Source: an uncultured Actinomycetota bacterium
Lineage (GTDB): Bacteria; Actinomycetota; Actinomycetes; JAFAQI01
Length of the DNA stretch: 64,000 nucleotides
Assembly: GCA_963770565.1 (NCBI GenBank)
Contig: CAVYQE010000001.1
Span: forward strand, 704,146-768,145
Direction of reading: 5' to 3'
The notes below the pieces were generated by a model, which was not told the origin of the DNA, ran no database searches, and was given only the letters and a program-made list of their open reading frames with translations. A program made the position numbers and the translations under genes. How positions within the stretch are numbered: position 1 is the stretch's first letter; the number at the start of each line of letters is the position of its first letter. This document shows, in pieces, positions 20,114 through 32,628 of the stretch.

Positions 20114-20285
20114 CAGCGCTAGCGCCCCATCAACCAACGTCTGGCCTGTTGCGCGACGTCCAGGTGGCGACCGGCGGCGTTCTCGTCGGCCCCGATGGCG
20201 CTGCCATCGCGACCTTCTCGGCCTTGCCGCTCATCCACCTGGACGCTGCTCACGACGGCCAACGTTGATTGATGGGGCGCTAGCG
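20114..20285. repeat. ~170-bp element bounded by 25-bp terminal inverted repeats (CGCTAGCGCCCCATCAA(C/T)CAACGT), with nested internal palindromes
   Basis: The left arm at ~20114-20140 and the right arm at ~20258-20285 are reverse complements (24/25 match). Internal inverted pairs are GACGTCCAGGTGG/CCACCTGGACGC, plus a central palindrome GATGGCGCTGCCATC. It lies in the divergent ydbS/tsaB intergenic region. Confidence 0.6.
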
Positions 20286-20292
20286 TCGATGG

Positions 20293-20964
20293 ATGCTCGT
20301 GCTCGCCTTCGACACGTCGACGCCGGCCGTCACGGTCGCGGTGGCCTCGGTCGATCCGGCGTCGGGCGGTGTCTCGACGCTTGCGGCCGCGGTCGAGATC
20401 GCGGCGAACCACCACGGCGAGCTGCTCGCGCCCTTGATCGAGACCGTGCTCGCGGCGGCCGGGGTGGTCGGGTCCGACCTCGACGCGGTCGGGGTCGGGC
20501 TCGGCCCCGGCCCGTTCACCGGGCTGCGGGTCGGCATCGTGACCGCGCGCGCAATGTCCGACGCGCTCGGTGTTCCGGCGTACGGCGAGTCGTCGCTGCG
20601 CCTGTTCGCGCGGGGCCGAGCCGGTGTTGCGACCGACGCGCGCCGAAAGCAGGTGTATTGGGCGATCACCAGTGCGGCCGGATTCGAGGCGGGTCCGGAC
20701 CTCGCGACGCCGGCCGAGGCGGCGGCGCGCTTTGCCGGGGCCGGGATCCGCGCGGTGGCCGGCGCGGGTCCCTTGCTGTACCCCGACGCCTTTGCCGGGC
20801 TCATCGCGGCGCCGGACGCGACCTATCCGCGGGCCACGTTGCTGATCGAGCGGATCGCCGATCGGGTCCGCACCAAGGCGCCGGCCGATCCGCTCGCGCC
20901 GATGTACCTGCGGCGCCCCGACGCGCAGCCGCCGGGCCGGCCGAAGCAGGTGACGCCGGCATGA
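20293..20964 (+). CDS. tsaB: tRNA threonylcarbamoyladenosine biosynthesis protein TsaB (inactive Kae1 paralog)
   Basis: [17 protein letters not shown]...[12 protein letters not shown] matches the YeaZ/TsaB N-terminal ASKHA fold motifs. Confidence 0.85.
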   Translation: MLVLAFDTSTPAVTVAVASVDPASGGVSTLAAAVEIAANHHGELLAPLIETVLAAAGVVGSDLDAVGVGLGPGPFTGLRVGIVTARAMSDALGVPAYGESSLRLFARGRAGVATDARRKQVYWAITSAAGFEAGPDLATPAEAAARFAGAGIRAVAGAGPLLYPDAFAGLIAAPDATYPRATLLIERIADRVRTKAPADPLAPMYLRRPDAQPPGRPKQVTPA

Positions 20965-21404
20965 GACCGATGCGCTGGTGGGACATCGAGCCGGTGATGG
21001 AGCTCGAACGCGAGCTGTTCGGCGACGAGGCCTGGACCGACGCGATGTACTGGTCGGAGCTCGCCGAACGCGACTCGCGCTACTACCTGGTCGACGAGGA
21101 CGCCGGCCGGATCATGGCGTGGGCCGGCCTGTGCACGTATGCACCACACGAGGCCTACATCCAGACCATCGGAGTGGCCCCGGCCGGGCAGGGTCAGGGT
21201 CGCGGGACGACGCTGCTCGTCACCCTCCTCGACGAAGCGCGTCGCCGCGGGGTCGCCCACGTCGACCTCGAAGTGCGGGCGGACAACGACGCGGCCAAGC
21301 GGCTCTACGAGCATCACGGCTTCGCCCAGATCGCGGTCCGCCGCAAGTACTACCAGCCGAGTGGCACCGACGCGATCGTGATGCGACGGGAGCTGCACGA
21401 GTGA
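20961..21404 (+). CDS. rimI: ribosomal-protein-alanine N-acetyltransferase
   Basis: GNAT motifs (…[21 protein letters not shown]…, RLYEHHGF). ATGA overlap with tsaB. The six-frame ORF 20265.. is an upstream Arg-rich extension and is rejected. Confidence 0.85.
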   Translation: MRPMRWWDIEPVMELERELFGDEAWTDAMYWSELAERDSRYYLVDEDAGRIMAWAGLCTYAPHEAYIQTIGVAPAGQGQGRGTTLLVTLLDEARRRGVAHVDLEVRADNDAAKRLYEHHGFAQIAVRRKYYQPSGTDAIVMRRELHE

Positions 21405-22426
21405 ATACGGCAGCGGCGCCGATCGTGCTGGGGATCGAGACCTCATGCGACGAGACCGGCGTCGGCATCGTGCGCGGCCGCGAGCTGCTCGCCGACGCGA
21501 TCGCCTCCAGCGTTGAGGAACACGCGCGATTCGGCGGCGTCGTACCGGAGGTGGCCAGCCGCGCGCACCTCGAGGCGATGGTGCCCACGATGCACCTCGC
21601 GCTCGACCAGGCGCAGCTGAGCCTCGACCAGGTCGACGCGATCGCGGTCACCGCCGGTCCGGGACTTGCGGGTGCGTTGCTGGTCGGCGTCGCGGCGGCG
21701 AAGGCGTACGCGATGTCGTTGGGCAAACCGTTGTACGGCGTCAACCACCTGACCGCGCATGTCGCGGTGGACCGGCTCGTGCACGGCGACCTGCCGCAAC
21801 CGTGCGTGGCGTTGCTCGTGTCGGGTGGCCACTCGTCGTTGCTGCTGGTGCCGGACGTTGCGGGTCCGGTCGAGTCGCTCGGCGCGACCGTGGACGACGC
21901 GGCCGGCGAGGCCTTCGACAAGGTGGCGCGGGTGCTCGGCCTGCCGTTCCCGGGCGGGCCGCAGATCGACCGGGTCGCCCGCGACGGTGACGCGGTTGCA
22001 ATCGACTTCCCGCGCGGCGTCGTGCGCGATGCGGCATACTCGTTCACCTTCTCGGGGTTGAAGACCGCGGTCGCGCGCTGGGTCGAAGCGCGGCAGCGAG
22101 CCGGTGAGACAGTGCCGGTCGCGGATGTCGCGGCGTCGTTCCAGGAGGCGGTCGCCGACGTGCTGAGTGGGCGCGCGATTGCGGCCTGCCGGGACCGCGG
22201 GGTTGACACCTTGGTGATCGGCGGCGGGGTGGCCGCGAACTCGCGGCTGCGCGCACTCGCCGAAACTCGTTGTGAAAGCGCGGGCATCCGACTCCGGATC
22301 CCGCCGCCGAAGCTGTGCACCGACAACGGCGCCATGGTGGCCGCGCTCGGCTCCCTGCTCATCGAGCGCGACGTCGAGCCGTCGTCACTCGACCTTGCGA
22401 CCGACTCGTCGATGGCGCTGGCTTGA
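21401..22426 (+). CDS. tsaD: tRNA N6-adenosine threonylcarbamoyltransferase TsaD (Kae1/Gcp)
   Basis: [16 protein letters not shown], two metal-binding His in ...VNHLTAHV..., and the GGV..N..LR C-terminal motif. GTGA overlap with rimI. Confidence 0.9.
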   Translation: MNTAAAPIVLGIETSCDETGVGIVRGRELLADAIASSVEEHARFGGVVPEVASRAHLEAMVPTMHLALDQAQLSLDQVDAIAVTAGPGLAGALLVGVAAAKAYAMSLGKPLYGVNHLTAHVAVDRLVHGDLPQPCVALLVSGGHSSLLLVPDVAGPVESLGATVDDAAGEAFDKVARVLGLPFPGGPQIDRVARDGDAVAIDFPRGVVRDAAYSFTFSGLKTAVARWVEARQRAGETVPVADVAASFQEAVADVLSGRAIAACRDRGVDTLVIGGGVAANSRLRALAETRCESAGIRLRIPPPKLCTDNGAMVAALGSLLIERDVEPSSLDLATDSSMALA

Positions 22427-22626
22427 CCACCCCGTCGCCGACTCCCCGCCTGCGGCGCGGCCCCGAGCCCGACCCGAGAAACGGCCGGCGGGTGCTGATC
22501 GGCGTCCTCGTCTTCTTCTTGCTGTTGGTGACGTTCGTCGTCGTATTGGTGGTGACGATCGGGCTCCACAACCACGGCGTGAAGATCCCGCCCGGCCCGG
22601 CGCCGCACGCCACCCAACCGTCCTGA
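22423..22626 (+). CDS. putative small single-pass membrane protein (start TTG 22423 or GTG 22492)
   Basis: Strongly hydrophobic core [24 protein letters not shown]. The candidate TTG start overlaps the tsaD stop (TTGA), the same coupling pattern as the three upstream genes. No homology was recognised. Confidence 0.3.
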   Translation: MTTPSPTPRLRRGPEPDPRNGRRVLIGVLVFFLLLVTFVVVLVVTIGLHNHGVKIPPGPAPHATQPS

Positions 22627-22669
22627 CCCAGGGTGGCTGGTAGTTAGCAGGCGCAATAAAGTTCGCGGC

Positions 22670-23413
22670 ATGACATATGACGCGATTCTTGCCGAGACCG
22701 TGATGATCACCGGTCACGACGGCGACCCGCTGCAGGCCTACTCGGCCCGCCCTCTCGACGGTGGCTCGCGCGGCGGCATGGTGGTCATCCACCACATGCC
22801 CGGCTACGACTCCGCCACCAAGGAGATCACCCGCACCTTCGCGGTGCACGGCTACAACGCGATCTGCCCCAACCTCTACTGGCGCGAGGCGCCTGGCGCC
22901 GCGCCGGACGACGCGGCCGCGACGGCGCGGGCGGCCGGCGGTGTGCCGGACGAGCGGTTGGTCGGCGACGTGCACGGCGCGATGCTGTGGCTCGACAACC
23001 TCGGCAACAGCAACGGCAAGGTCGCGACGATCGGCTACTGCTCCGGCGGGCGGCACTCGTGGCTGGCCAACGGCAGTCTCTCGCTCGCGGCGGCGGTGGT
23101 GTGTTACGGCGCATTCATCGTGGGTGACGTGCCGGAGGGCATGCCGGCCCGACCGCCCCTGGGCCACCTCGCTGCCACCCAGTCCGGCCCGGTGCTGGGC
23201 CTGTTCGGAAACGACGACAAGTACCCGACCCCAGAGCAGGTCGACGAGATCGAAGCGTTGCTCAAGGACGCCGGCAAGCCGTACGAGTTCCACCGCTATG
23301 ACGGCGCCGGGCATGCCTTCTTCTCGGTCGACCGGCCGTCGTACCGGCCCGAGGCAGCCGTGGACGGGTGGGACAAGATCTGGGCGTTCCTCGACAAGCA
23401 TCTGGCCGGCTGA
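22670..23413 (+). CDS. dienelactone hydrolase family protein
   Basis: 247 aa with the DLH nucleophile elbow GYCSGG, Asp and His (YDGAGHAF) catalytic residues in the expected order, and the N-terminal ...MVVIHHMPGYD... segment. Confidence 0.75.
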   Translation: MTYDAILAETVMITGHDGDPLQAYSARPLDGGSRGGMVVIHHMPGYDSATKEITRTFAVHGYNAICPNLYWREAPGAAPDDAAATARAAGGVPDERLVGDVHGAMLWLDNLGNSNGKVATIGYCSGGRHSWLANGSLSLAAAVVCYGAFIVGDVPEGMPARPPLGHLAATQSGPVLGLFGNDDKYPTPEQVDEIEALLKDAGKPYEFHRYDGAGHAFFSVDRPSYRPEAAVDGWDKIWAFLDKHLAG

Positions 23414-23414
23414 G

Positions 23415-23684
23415 GTGTGCACCTATCAGACCGAGTTGCTCGAGGTCGCCGGGAGCGGCAAGGGTCCGGCCGGGTGGCTGCGGGTCACTGATGCGAGCGT
23501 GTACGTCGACCACCCGGTGCACGCGATGGCCGGCCACACGCTCAACATCGACCTGCGCAACCCCGCGGAGGGCCCGGCCGCCCGGGTCGCGCTCGAGCTG
23601 CACCCGGACGCCGCGCGCTCGCTCGCGGAGGCGATCCTGCGCTCGCTCGACGCCGTACCCGAAGCCGTCCTGGCCGCCGGCTGA
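23415..23684 (+). CDS. hypothetical small protein (89 aa; alternative ATG at 23526)
   Basis: An ORF with its GTG 2 nt after the DLH stop. Codon usage is consistent with coding (third-position GC bias), but no family was recognised. Confidence 0.3.
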   Translation: MCTYQTELLEVAGSGKGPAGWLRVTDASVYVDHPVHAMAGHTLNIDLRNPAEGPAARVALELHPDAARSLAEAILRSLDAVPEAVLAAG

Positions 23685-23690
23685 GCAACC

Positions 23691-23775
23691 CGCATGGCCC
23701 ATGCGTGGGCCAATAGCCCCACCAATGGGCCATGCGTGGGCCGATAGCCCCACCAATGGGCCATGCGTGTGGGTC
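23691..23775. repeat. 31-bp direct repeat x ~2.7, each with a short GC hairpin (GGCCCATGCGTGGGCC), upstream of the groES promoter
   Basis: TGG(G)CCATGCGTGGGCC(A/G)ATAGCCCCACCAA is repeated at ~23695, ~23726 and ~23757 (the last partial). Each copy contains the inverted repeat GGCCCA-tgcg-TGGGCC. Confidence 0.7.
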
Positions 23776-23778
23776 AGA

Positions 23779-23808
23779 TTGACTCGGTCTCGGTCGCTGA
23801 CGTAACTT
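23779..23808 (+). promoter_or_regulatory. putative sigma-A-type promoter of groES-groEL (TTGACT -35 / TAACTT -10)
   Basis: TTGACT, an 18-nt spacer, then TAACTT immediately 5' of and overlapping the first CIRCE half-site. This is the typical heat-shock operon arrangement. Confidence 0.4.
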
Positions 23809-23833
23809 GGCACTCGGCACGGCAGAGTGCCAG
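23807..23833. promoter_or_regulatory. CIRCE element (HrcA operator) upstream of groES
   Basis: TTGGCACTC-N9-GAGTGCCAG versus the consensus TTAGCACTC-N9-GAGTGCTAA: a 9-bp inverted repeat with a 9-nt spacer, 30 nt upstream of the groES start. Confidence 0.7.
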
Positions 23834-23863
23834 CCGTCCACTTCTTCCGCAGGAGGTCAGGCC

Positions 23864-24175
23864 GTGGCCACCGCCACCAAGACGAAAACACACATCAAGC
23901 CGCTCGAGGACCGCATCGTGGTCTCGGTGCAGGACAGCGAGCAGACCACCGCGTCCGGCATCGTGATCCCGGACACTGCCAAGGAGAAGCCGCAGGAGGG
24001 CCTCGTGCTCGCGGTCGGCCCGGGCCGGTTCGAGGACGGCGCCCGCGTGCCGCTCGACATCTCCGAAGGCGACACGATCATCTTCTCCAAGTACGGCGGC
24101 ACCGAGGTCAAGTTCGGCTCGGATGAGTACCTCATCCTGTCGGCGCGCGACGTGCTCGCGATCGTCCAGAAGTAG
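23864..24175 (+). CDS. groES: co-chaperonin GroES (10 kDa)
   Basis: …[10 protein letters not shown]…[30 protein letters not shown]...[18 protein letters not shown]…, with an AGGAGG RBS 7 nt upstream of the GTG. 103 aa. Confidence 0.9.
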   Translation: MATATKTKTHIKPLEDRIVVSVQDSEQTTASGIVIPDTAKEKPQEGLVLAVGPGRFEDGARVPLDISEGDTIIFSKYGGTEVKFGSDEYLILSARDVLAIVQK

Positions 24176-24202
24176 CCAGCCGTACCCCAACGCACGTTGG
24201 AA

Positions 24203-24228
24203 GGGCCCGCAGCTGATGCTGCGGGCCC
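24203..24228 (+). terminator. perfect GC hairpin (GGGCCCGCAGC-tgat-GCTGCGGGCCC) + TTTC between groES and groEL: partial terminator/processing site
   Basis: 11-bp perfect stem, 4-nt loop, followed by TTTC. It lies 28 nt downstream of the groES stop. Intercistronic hairpins of this kind are known in actinobacterial groESL1 operons. Confidence 0.4.
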
Positions 24229-24274
24229 TTTCGCTCTCCCGGCCCCTGATCGGCCCATCGCCGGGCCGGTTTGA

Positions 24275-25945
<1,671 letters not shown>

Positions 25946-25979
25946 GCCGCAACGTCAGGCTGACCGACACGGCTTCGGT

Positions 25980-26000
25980 CCCGCGCGCGCAGCGCGCGGG
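25980..26000 (+). terminator. GC-rich hairpin (CCCGCGCGC-gca-GCGCGCGGG) downstream of groEL
   Basis: 9-bp perfect stem 35 nt after the groEL stop. There is no U-tract, as is common for actinobacterial intrinsic terminators. Confidence 0.35.
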
Positions 26001-26017
26001 TCGCTAGCCTTCGGCGA

Positions 26018-26941
26018 GTGGAACCCGATCTTGCGACCCTGCTCGCCGCCGGCGAGCGGGCCACGTTCCACGGACCGCCCGGCTCGGCCGTCGGCGATCT
26101 CGAGCGTGCTGTCGGGGTCGCCCAGCGTGACGGCCGTCGAGCCGAGGTAGCCGCGGCCGCCTGGCTGCTCGGCGTCGCGTTGTCGGCCTCCGGACGGTAC
26201 GGCGGGGCGCTGCGCGTGCTGGTGCCGCTGATCGAGGCCGGCGAGGGCGCCGGATCCGACGATCTCGCCCCCGAGTTGCGGTTGTTCGGCTCGCTGGCCG
26301 CGTCAACCGCCGCGAGCGTCCATCGAGGGCTTGGCCGCCACGACGCCGCGCGTGAGCTCGATCTGCGCGGCCTCGCGCTCAGCGACGACTCCGACGAAGC
26401 GGTCTTCGACAGCGTCGTCGGGCTCGCGGCGGACGCGGTGGGCTCCGGCGACCTGGCTGAGGCGCAGGTTCGGTTCGAGCGGGCCGAGGCGATTGTCGAC
26501 GCGCACGGCGGTGACTGGTGGCGGCAGCGGGTCAGGCTGGACTGGGCCAGGGCCGACATCGCGATGCTCGCCGAGAAGCCGCACGAGGCGATCCTCGCCG
26601 CGGGCGGGGCGGTCAGCGGCGCGGAGGCGGCCCGAGCGCCGCGCCACGTCGCAAAGGGACTGCTGTTCCAGGGCGTCGCCGAGCTGCATGCGGGCTCGGA
26701 CGACGCAATCGCCACCCTGCGGCGGGCCGCCGGCCTGGCCGAGGGCCTCGCAGCGCTGCCGCTGGTCTGGCAGGCCAGGGCGCTGGTCGGCGCCCTGCTC
26801 GCCGGCGACGAGTCCTCGGAGGGCGCCCGCTCGCTCGCGACCGCCCGCTCGGCTGTGCTCACGATCGCCGCAGATCTTCCCGATGATCTACGCGACGAGT
26901 GGCTGGCCCGACCCAATGTGAGTGCGTTGCTCGAGGGCTGA
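26018..26941 (+). CDS. hypothetical Ala/Leu-rich helical protein (307 aa)
   Basis: An ORF with strong third-position GC bias. The helical-repeat character is TPR-like, and no catalytic motif was seen. It occupies the position held by whiB-family genes in related genomes, but it has no Cys4 WhiB motif. Confidence 0.5.
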   Translation: MEPDLATLLAAGERATFHGPPGSAVGDLERAVGVAQRDGRRAEVAAAAWLLGVALSASGRYGGALRVLVPLIEAGEGAGSDDLAPELRLFGSLAASTAASVHRGLGRHDAARELDLRGLALSDDSDEAVFDSVVGLAADAVGSGDLAEAQVRFERAEAIVDAHGGDWWRQRVRLDWARADIAMLAEKPHEAILAAGGAVSGAEAARAPRHVAKGLLFQGVAELHAGSDDAIATLRRAAGLAEGLAALPLVWQARALVGALLAGDESSEGARSLATARSAVLTIAADLPDDLRDEWLARPNVSALLEG

Positions 26942-27012
26942 GCGTACGAGCGTCGTCGTACACGCTCAGGCAACTCCCCGCACAGCGGTGAAGTCGGTGA
27001 GGGTTTCTGCCG

Positions 27013-27642
27013 ATGTACTCGGTTGTGACAAGCGTGCTGATCTGTGACGACCTGCGCGCGGTGCGCGACGGACTGCGCCGCGCCGTGGAGTCCTTGCCTG
27101 GAATCGACCGGGTGGACACTGCCGGAACCGGCGAGGAAGTGCTCGCACGCTGGCCCAAGGAACGGCACGATCTCGTGCTGATGGACGTCCAAATGCCCGG
27201 TTTGGGCGGAGTTGAGGCGACCCGGCGCTTGGTTCGCGACCACCCCGAGGCCAACATCGTCATGCTGACCGTTGCCTCGGACCGCGAGGCCGCGGCCGCC
27301 GCGATCGCCGGTGGCGCGCGTGGCTTCCTGCACAAGGACGTCTCCCGCGAGGAGCTCTGCGCGACGCTCGCCAACGTGCTGACCGTGACCGCCCTGTCGC
27401 CAGGTGTCGCTCCGACCCACCCCGCTCGCCCCTTCGACGCGGACGCGCCGGTGCTCACCGAACGTGAGCGCCAGGTTCTCAACGGGATGGCCGGCGGCAA
27501 GAGCAACGCCCAGATCGGCCGCGAGCTCTACCTGTCCGAGGACACGATCAAGACCCACGCGCGGCGGTTGTTCCGCAAGCTCGACGTCGGCGACCGCGCG
27601 CATGCGGTGGCGGCCGGCTTCCGCTACGGCCTGGTCAACTAA
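27013..27642 (+). CDS. NarL/FixJ-family orphan response regulator (BldM-like)
   Basis: REC domain (LICDD...DLVLMDVQMPGLGG...K) plus a C-terminal LuxR HTH (ERERQVLNGMAGGKSNAQIGRELYLSEDTIKTHARRLFRKLDV). No adjacent histidine kinase. Its position next to the DUF5319 gene and guaB mirrors Streptomyces bldM. Confidence 0.8.
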   Translation: MYSVVTSVLICDDLRAVRDGLRRAVESLPGIDRVDTAGTGEEVLARWPKERHDLVLMDVQMPGLGGVEATRRLVRDHPEANIVMLTVASDREAAAAAIAGGARGFLHKDVSREELCATLANVLTVTALSPGVAPTHPARPFDADAPVLTERERQVLNGMAGGKSNAQIGRELYLSEDTIKTHARRLFRKLDVGDRAHAVAAGFRYGLVN

Positions 27643-27657
27643 CCGCCGTACGCCCGG

Positions 27658-28035
27658 CTAGTCCTCTTCGTCCGCGGTCAGGATGCCGTCGACGAATCCC
27701 CGCGCGTAGTCCCAGCTGACGTAGTCGGCCGGATCCGGGCTGTAGGCGGGCTCGTGCACGTGCGGGGCGCCGGCATCGAGCAGGCTGCGCAGGTTGCCCC
27801 GAAGAAGCTCCCAGGCGAAGAAGTGCGGCTCCTGGCAGTCGTCGCAGTCGACCACGAGGCCGCGGACGCCGCGCGGCTCGAGCACGGCCTGGAAGGCGTC
27901 GAGGTCCTGCATGTCTTCGAGCAGGTCCTCGCGTTCCTGGTCGGACAGCGGCTCCTCGGGTTCGTCGTCGCCGAGGGCGGCCGCCGGATCCGATGGGTCA
28001 CCCGCGAACGGGTCGGGAGGGGCATCGTCGCGCAC
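27658..28035 (-). CDS. DUF5319-family acidic protein (conserved guaB neighbour in actinobacteria)
   Basis: 125-aa acidic protein with C..C (DCDDCQEPHFFAWELLRGNL) and a conserved C-terminal WDYARGFVDG. It is divergent from guaB, as in Streptomyces and mycobacteria. Confidence 0.6.
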   Translation of the reverse strand: MRDDAPPDPFAGDPSDPAAALGDDEPEEPLSDQEREDLLEDMQDLDAFQAVLEPRGVRGLVVDCDDCQEPHFFAWELLRGNLRSLLDAGAPHVHEPAYSPDPADYVSWDYARGFVDGILTADEED

Positions 28036-28066
28036 GCGACCACGCTAATGCCTCACCCGCCGCTAA

Positions 28067-30726
<2,660 letters not shown>

Positions 30727-30741
30727 CTTTGGTGAGCCGGG

Positions 30742-31935
30742 TCAGAGCTTTGAGGGCTCGCCCGTGCACGAGCGAGCACTGCATGACTCGAAGAACGTCT
30801 TGGACGGCAGGCCGCTGCCAGGGGCGTCGTAGTACCCAACTGCGCTGGCCCGGGCCGTGGAGCCGGCGCTGATCGCAAACAGTCGGTAGTCCTCGCCTGG
30901 TGAGTTCTCAGCTTTCCAGCCGCGGCCCGCGGAGTACAGGATCTCCGGTCGCGTCGCCGTCACGCCGATCACCCAGGCCGACGTGCCGTGCACCGTGACG
31001 GCCAGGAGATCGGCGTGGCCGAGACTCTTGGCCAACTGAACGGTCGACCACTTCGTGCCGTTGAACGTCATCAGCACCGACCGATACCCCCCGCCGGTGG
31101 TGGTGCTGAACCCGGTGGCGTACGCCAGCTTGGCCGAGCTCGTCGCGACCGAGGTCAGCGTCACCCCGGCGGGCGCAGCGGTGCTGAGCGTCCAGGCCTT
31201 GCCGTTCCAATGAACCAGGGTGCTCTGGCTCAGGGCGTAGTCAGACCTCAGCGCCCATGCGTTGTTCGGACCGGAGGTGCTCACGTCGTACAGCGTCTGC
31301 GAGTAGCCCGAGGGCACCGTCACGGCGGACCACTTCTTGCCGTTCCAGTGGAAGGCAACCTGCGCGGCGGTCTGACCTGGGTAGAAGCCTCCGACCGCCC
31401 ACGCGTTCGTGGCCGAGCTTGCGGAGATCGAGCTCACCGAATCGGAGAGGTCGGTCAGCGCGGGGAGCTTCTGGGCGACGAACTTCTTGCCCGCCAAGCG
31501 CCAGATCGCCGGCATGGTCTGGGGGCCCGCCTTCTGTTGCTTTGCTCCGCCCAGCCAGATCGTTCGTGCGGACCCCGCTGCGACGGTGGTGAGCGAGCCG
31601 TACCTTCCCCCGAGTGCGGGTGCCTTTACCGCCCGCCACTGCCCGTGGTGGCGTTGTCCGACGAAGAAGCGCGCGTTGTCGACCGTGCCGTTGGAGCCGA
31701 CCGCCCAGACGTCGGAGGAATGCGGCACCGCGGTCACCGCGGTCAGCTCTCCTGCGCTCGCGGCTGGGGGCTTGGCCGTGGCCGCCATCCCAGCGGGCGC
31801 CCCACGTGCCAACGAGCCGCCTGCGACGAGAACGCCCAGCGCCGCCATCGCAACCGATCCGATCGCCAGCGTGGGTCGTCCGCGGTGGTGGGCTCGTGCG
31901 GGTGCAGTCACGGCCTGCAACTCAGCCATCAACAT
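30742..31935 (-). CDS. secreted repeat (beta-propeller-like) protein, hypothetical
   Basis: N-terminal signal-like hydrophobic segment (IGSVAMAALGVLVAGGSLA), then ~6 repeats of a ~45-aa module (…AWAVG…HWNGKKW…) rich in Trp, Gly, Ser and Thr. A GAGAGG RBS precedes the ATG. The start may be 31929 or 31935. Confidence 0.55.
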   Translation of the reverse strand: MLMAELQAVTAPARAHHRGRPTLAIGSVAMAALGVLVAGGSLARGAPAGMAATAKPPAASAGELTAVTAVPHSSDVWAVGSNGTVDNARFFVGQRHHGQWRAVKAPALGGRYGSLTTVAAGSARTIWLGGAKQQKAGPQTMPAIWRLAGKKFVAQKLPALTDLSDSVSSISASSATNAWAVGGFYPGQTAAQVAFHWNGKKWSAVTVPSGYSQTLYDVSTSGPNNAWALRSDYALSQSTLVHWNGKAWTLSTAAPAGVTLTSVATSSAKLAYATGFSTTTGGGYRSVLMTFNGTKWSTVQLAKSLGHADLLAVTVHGTSAWVIGVTATRPEILYSAGRGWKAENSPGEDYRLFAISAGSTARASAVGYYDAPGSGLPSKTFFESCSARSCTGEPSKL

Positions 31936-32053
31936 TGCCTCTCTAGGGCGCGCTCGTCCGGCGGAGGACGGCGACTGATTGGGGACTCTCAACCACGAAA
32001 CGTATCCGCAGTCTCGCATTGCGCCGCCGGCGGTCGCAGTCGATCGAGCGTGG

Positions 32054-32626
32054 TCAGCCGATCAGGGTCTGGTAGTCCTCCCAGGTGTTGACGTCGAGCG
32101 GGACCGGCCCGTCGATCTCGACGTCGGTCACCGGGTAACGGCCGGACTCCAGCAGCTTCCATACCGCCTTGTCACCGTGGAGCACGAGCAGGTCGTCGAA
32201 CACATCGCGATGGAACCAGAACGGATGCCCGCGACCGTTCGAATAGCGGCAGACCCCGAGTGGGGCGTCCGCCGCTTGCTCAATCAGATCGTGTACGACG
32301 ACCGGCGAGACGCCCGGCTGGTCGCCGAGCATCAGCACGAGACCGGTGGCCCGCTCGTCGACCTCGGCGATCGCGGCGCTGATCGACGACGAGCAGCCGG
32401 CGGTGAAGTTCAGGTTCTCGACCACCTGAATGCCGCTGAAGTCGACGGTCTGCCGCACTTGTTCGGATGCCCCGCCGATCGTGACGAGCAGCTGGTCGAA
32501 GCCGCACTGTCGCGCGACCGCGAGGGATGCGTCGAGCAACGTCGTGCCGCGATACGGCAGGAGTTGTTTCGGCTGCCCGAGCCGGGAGGACGATCCGGCG
32601 GCAAGTACCAAGCCGGTGACGAACAA
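32054..32626 (-). CDS. mocA: molybdenum cofactor cytidylyltransferase (MocA-like, NTP_transf_3)
   Basis: GLVLAAGSSSRLGQPKQLL (nucleotide-binding N-terminus of the MobA/MocA family), then ...LVLMLGDQP. TTG start 2 nt after the upstream XdhC stop. Confidence 0.7.
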   Translation of the reverse strand: MFVTGLVLAAGSSSRLGQPKQLLPYRGTTLLDASLAVARQCGFDQLLVTIGGASEQVRQTVDFSGIQVVENLNFTAGCSSSISAAIAEVDERATGLVLMLGDQPGVSPVVVHDLIEQAADAPLGVCRYSNGRGHPFWFHRDVFDDLLVLHGDKAVWKLLESGRYPVTDVEIDGPVPLDVNTWEDYQTLIG

Positions 32627-32628
32627 CG

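Noticed and set aside
22761-23414. N-terminal 218 aa of the six-frame ORF 22761..23684
   Set aside because: This is the alternate frame of the well-supported dienelactone hydrolase gene (22670..23413). Only the last 89 codons, after the DLH stop, are retained as a low-confidence hypothetical.
23690-23841. ORFs 23426..23764(-) and 23542..23841(-) (MAHWWGY...)
   Set aside because: They are encoded by the 31-bp direct repeats, promoter and CIRCE region upstream of groES. The repeated peptide arises from the DNA repeat. They are non-coding.
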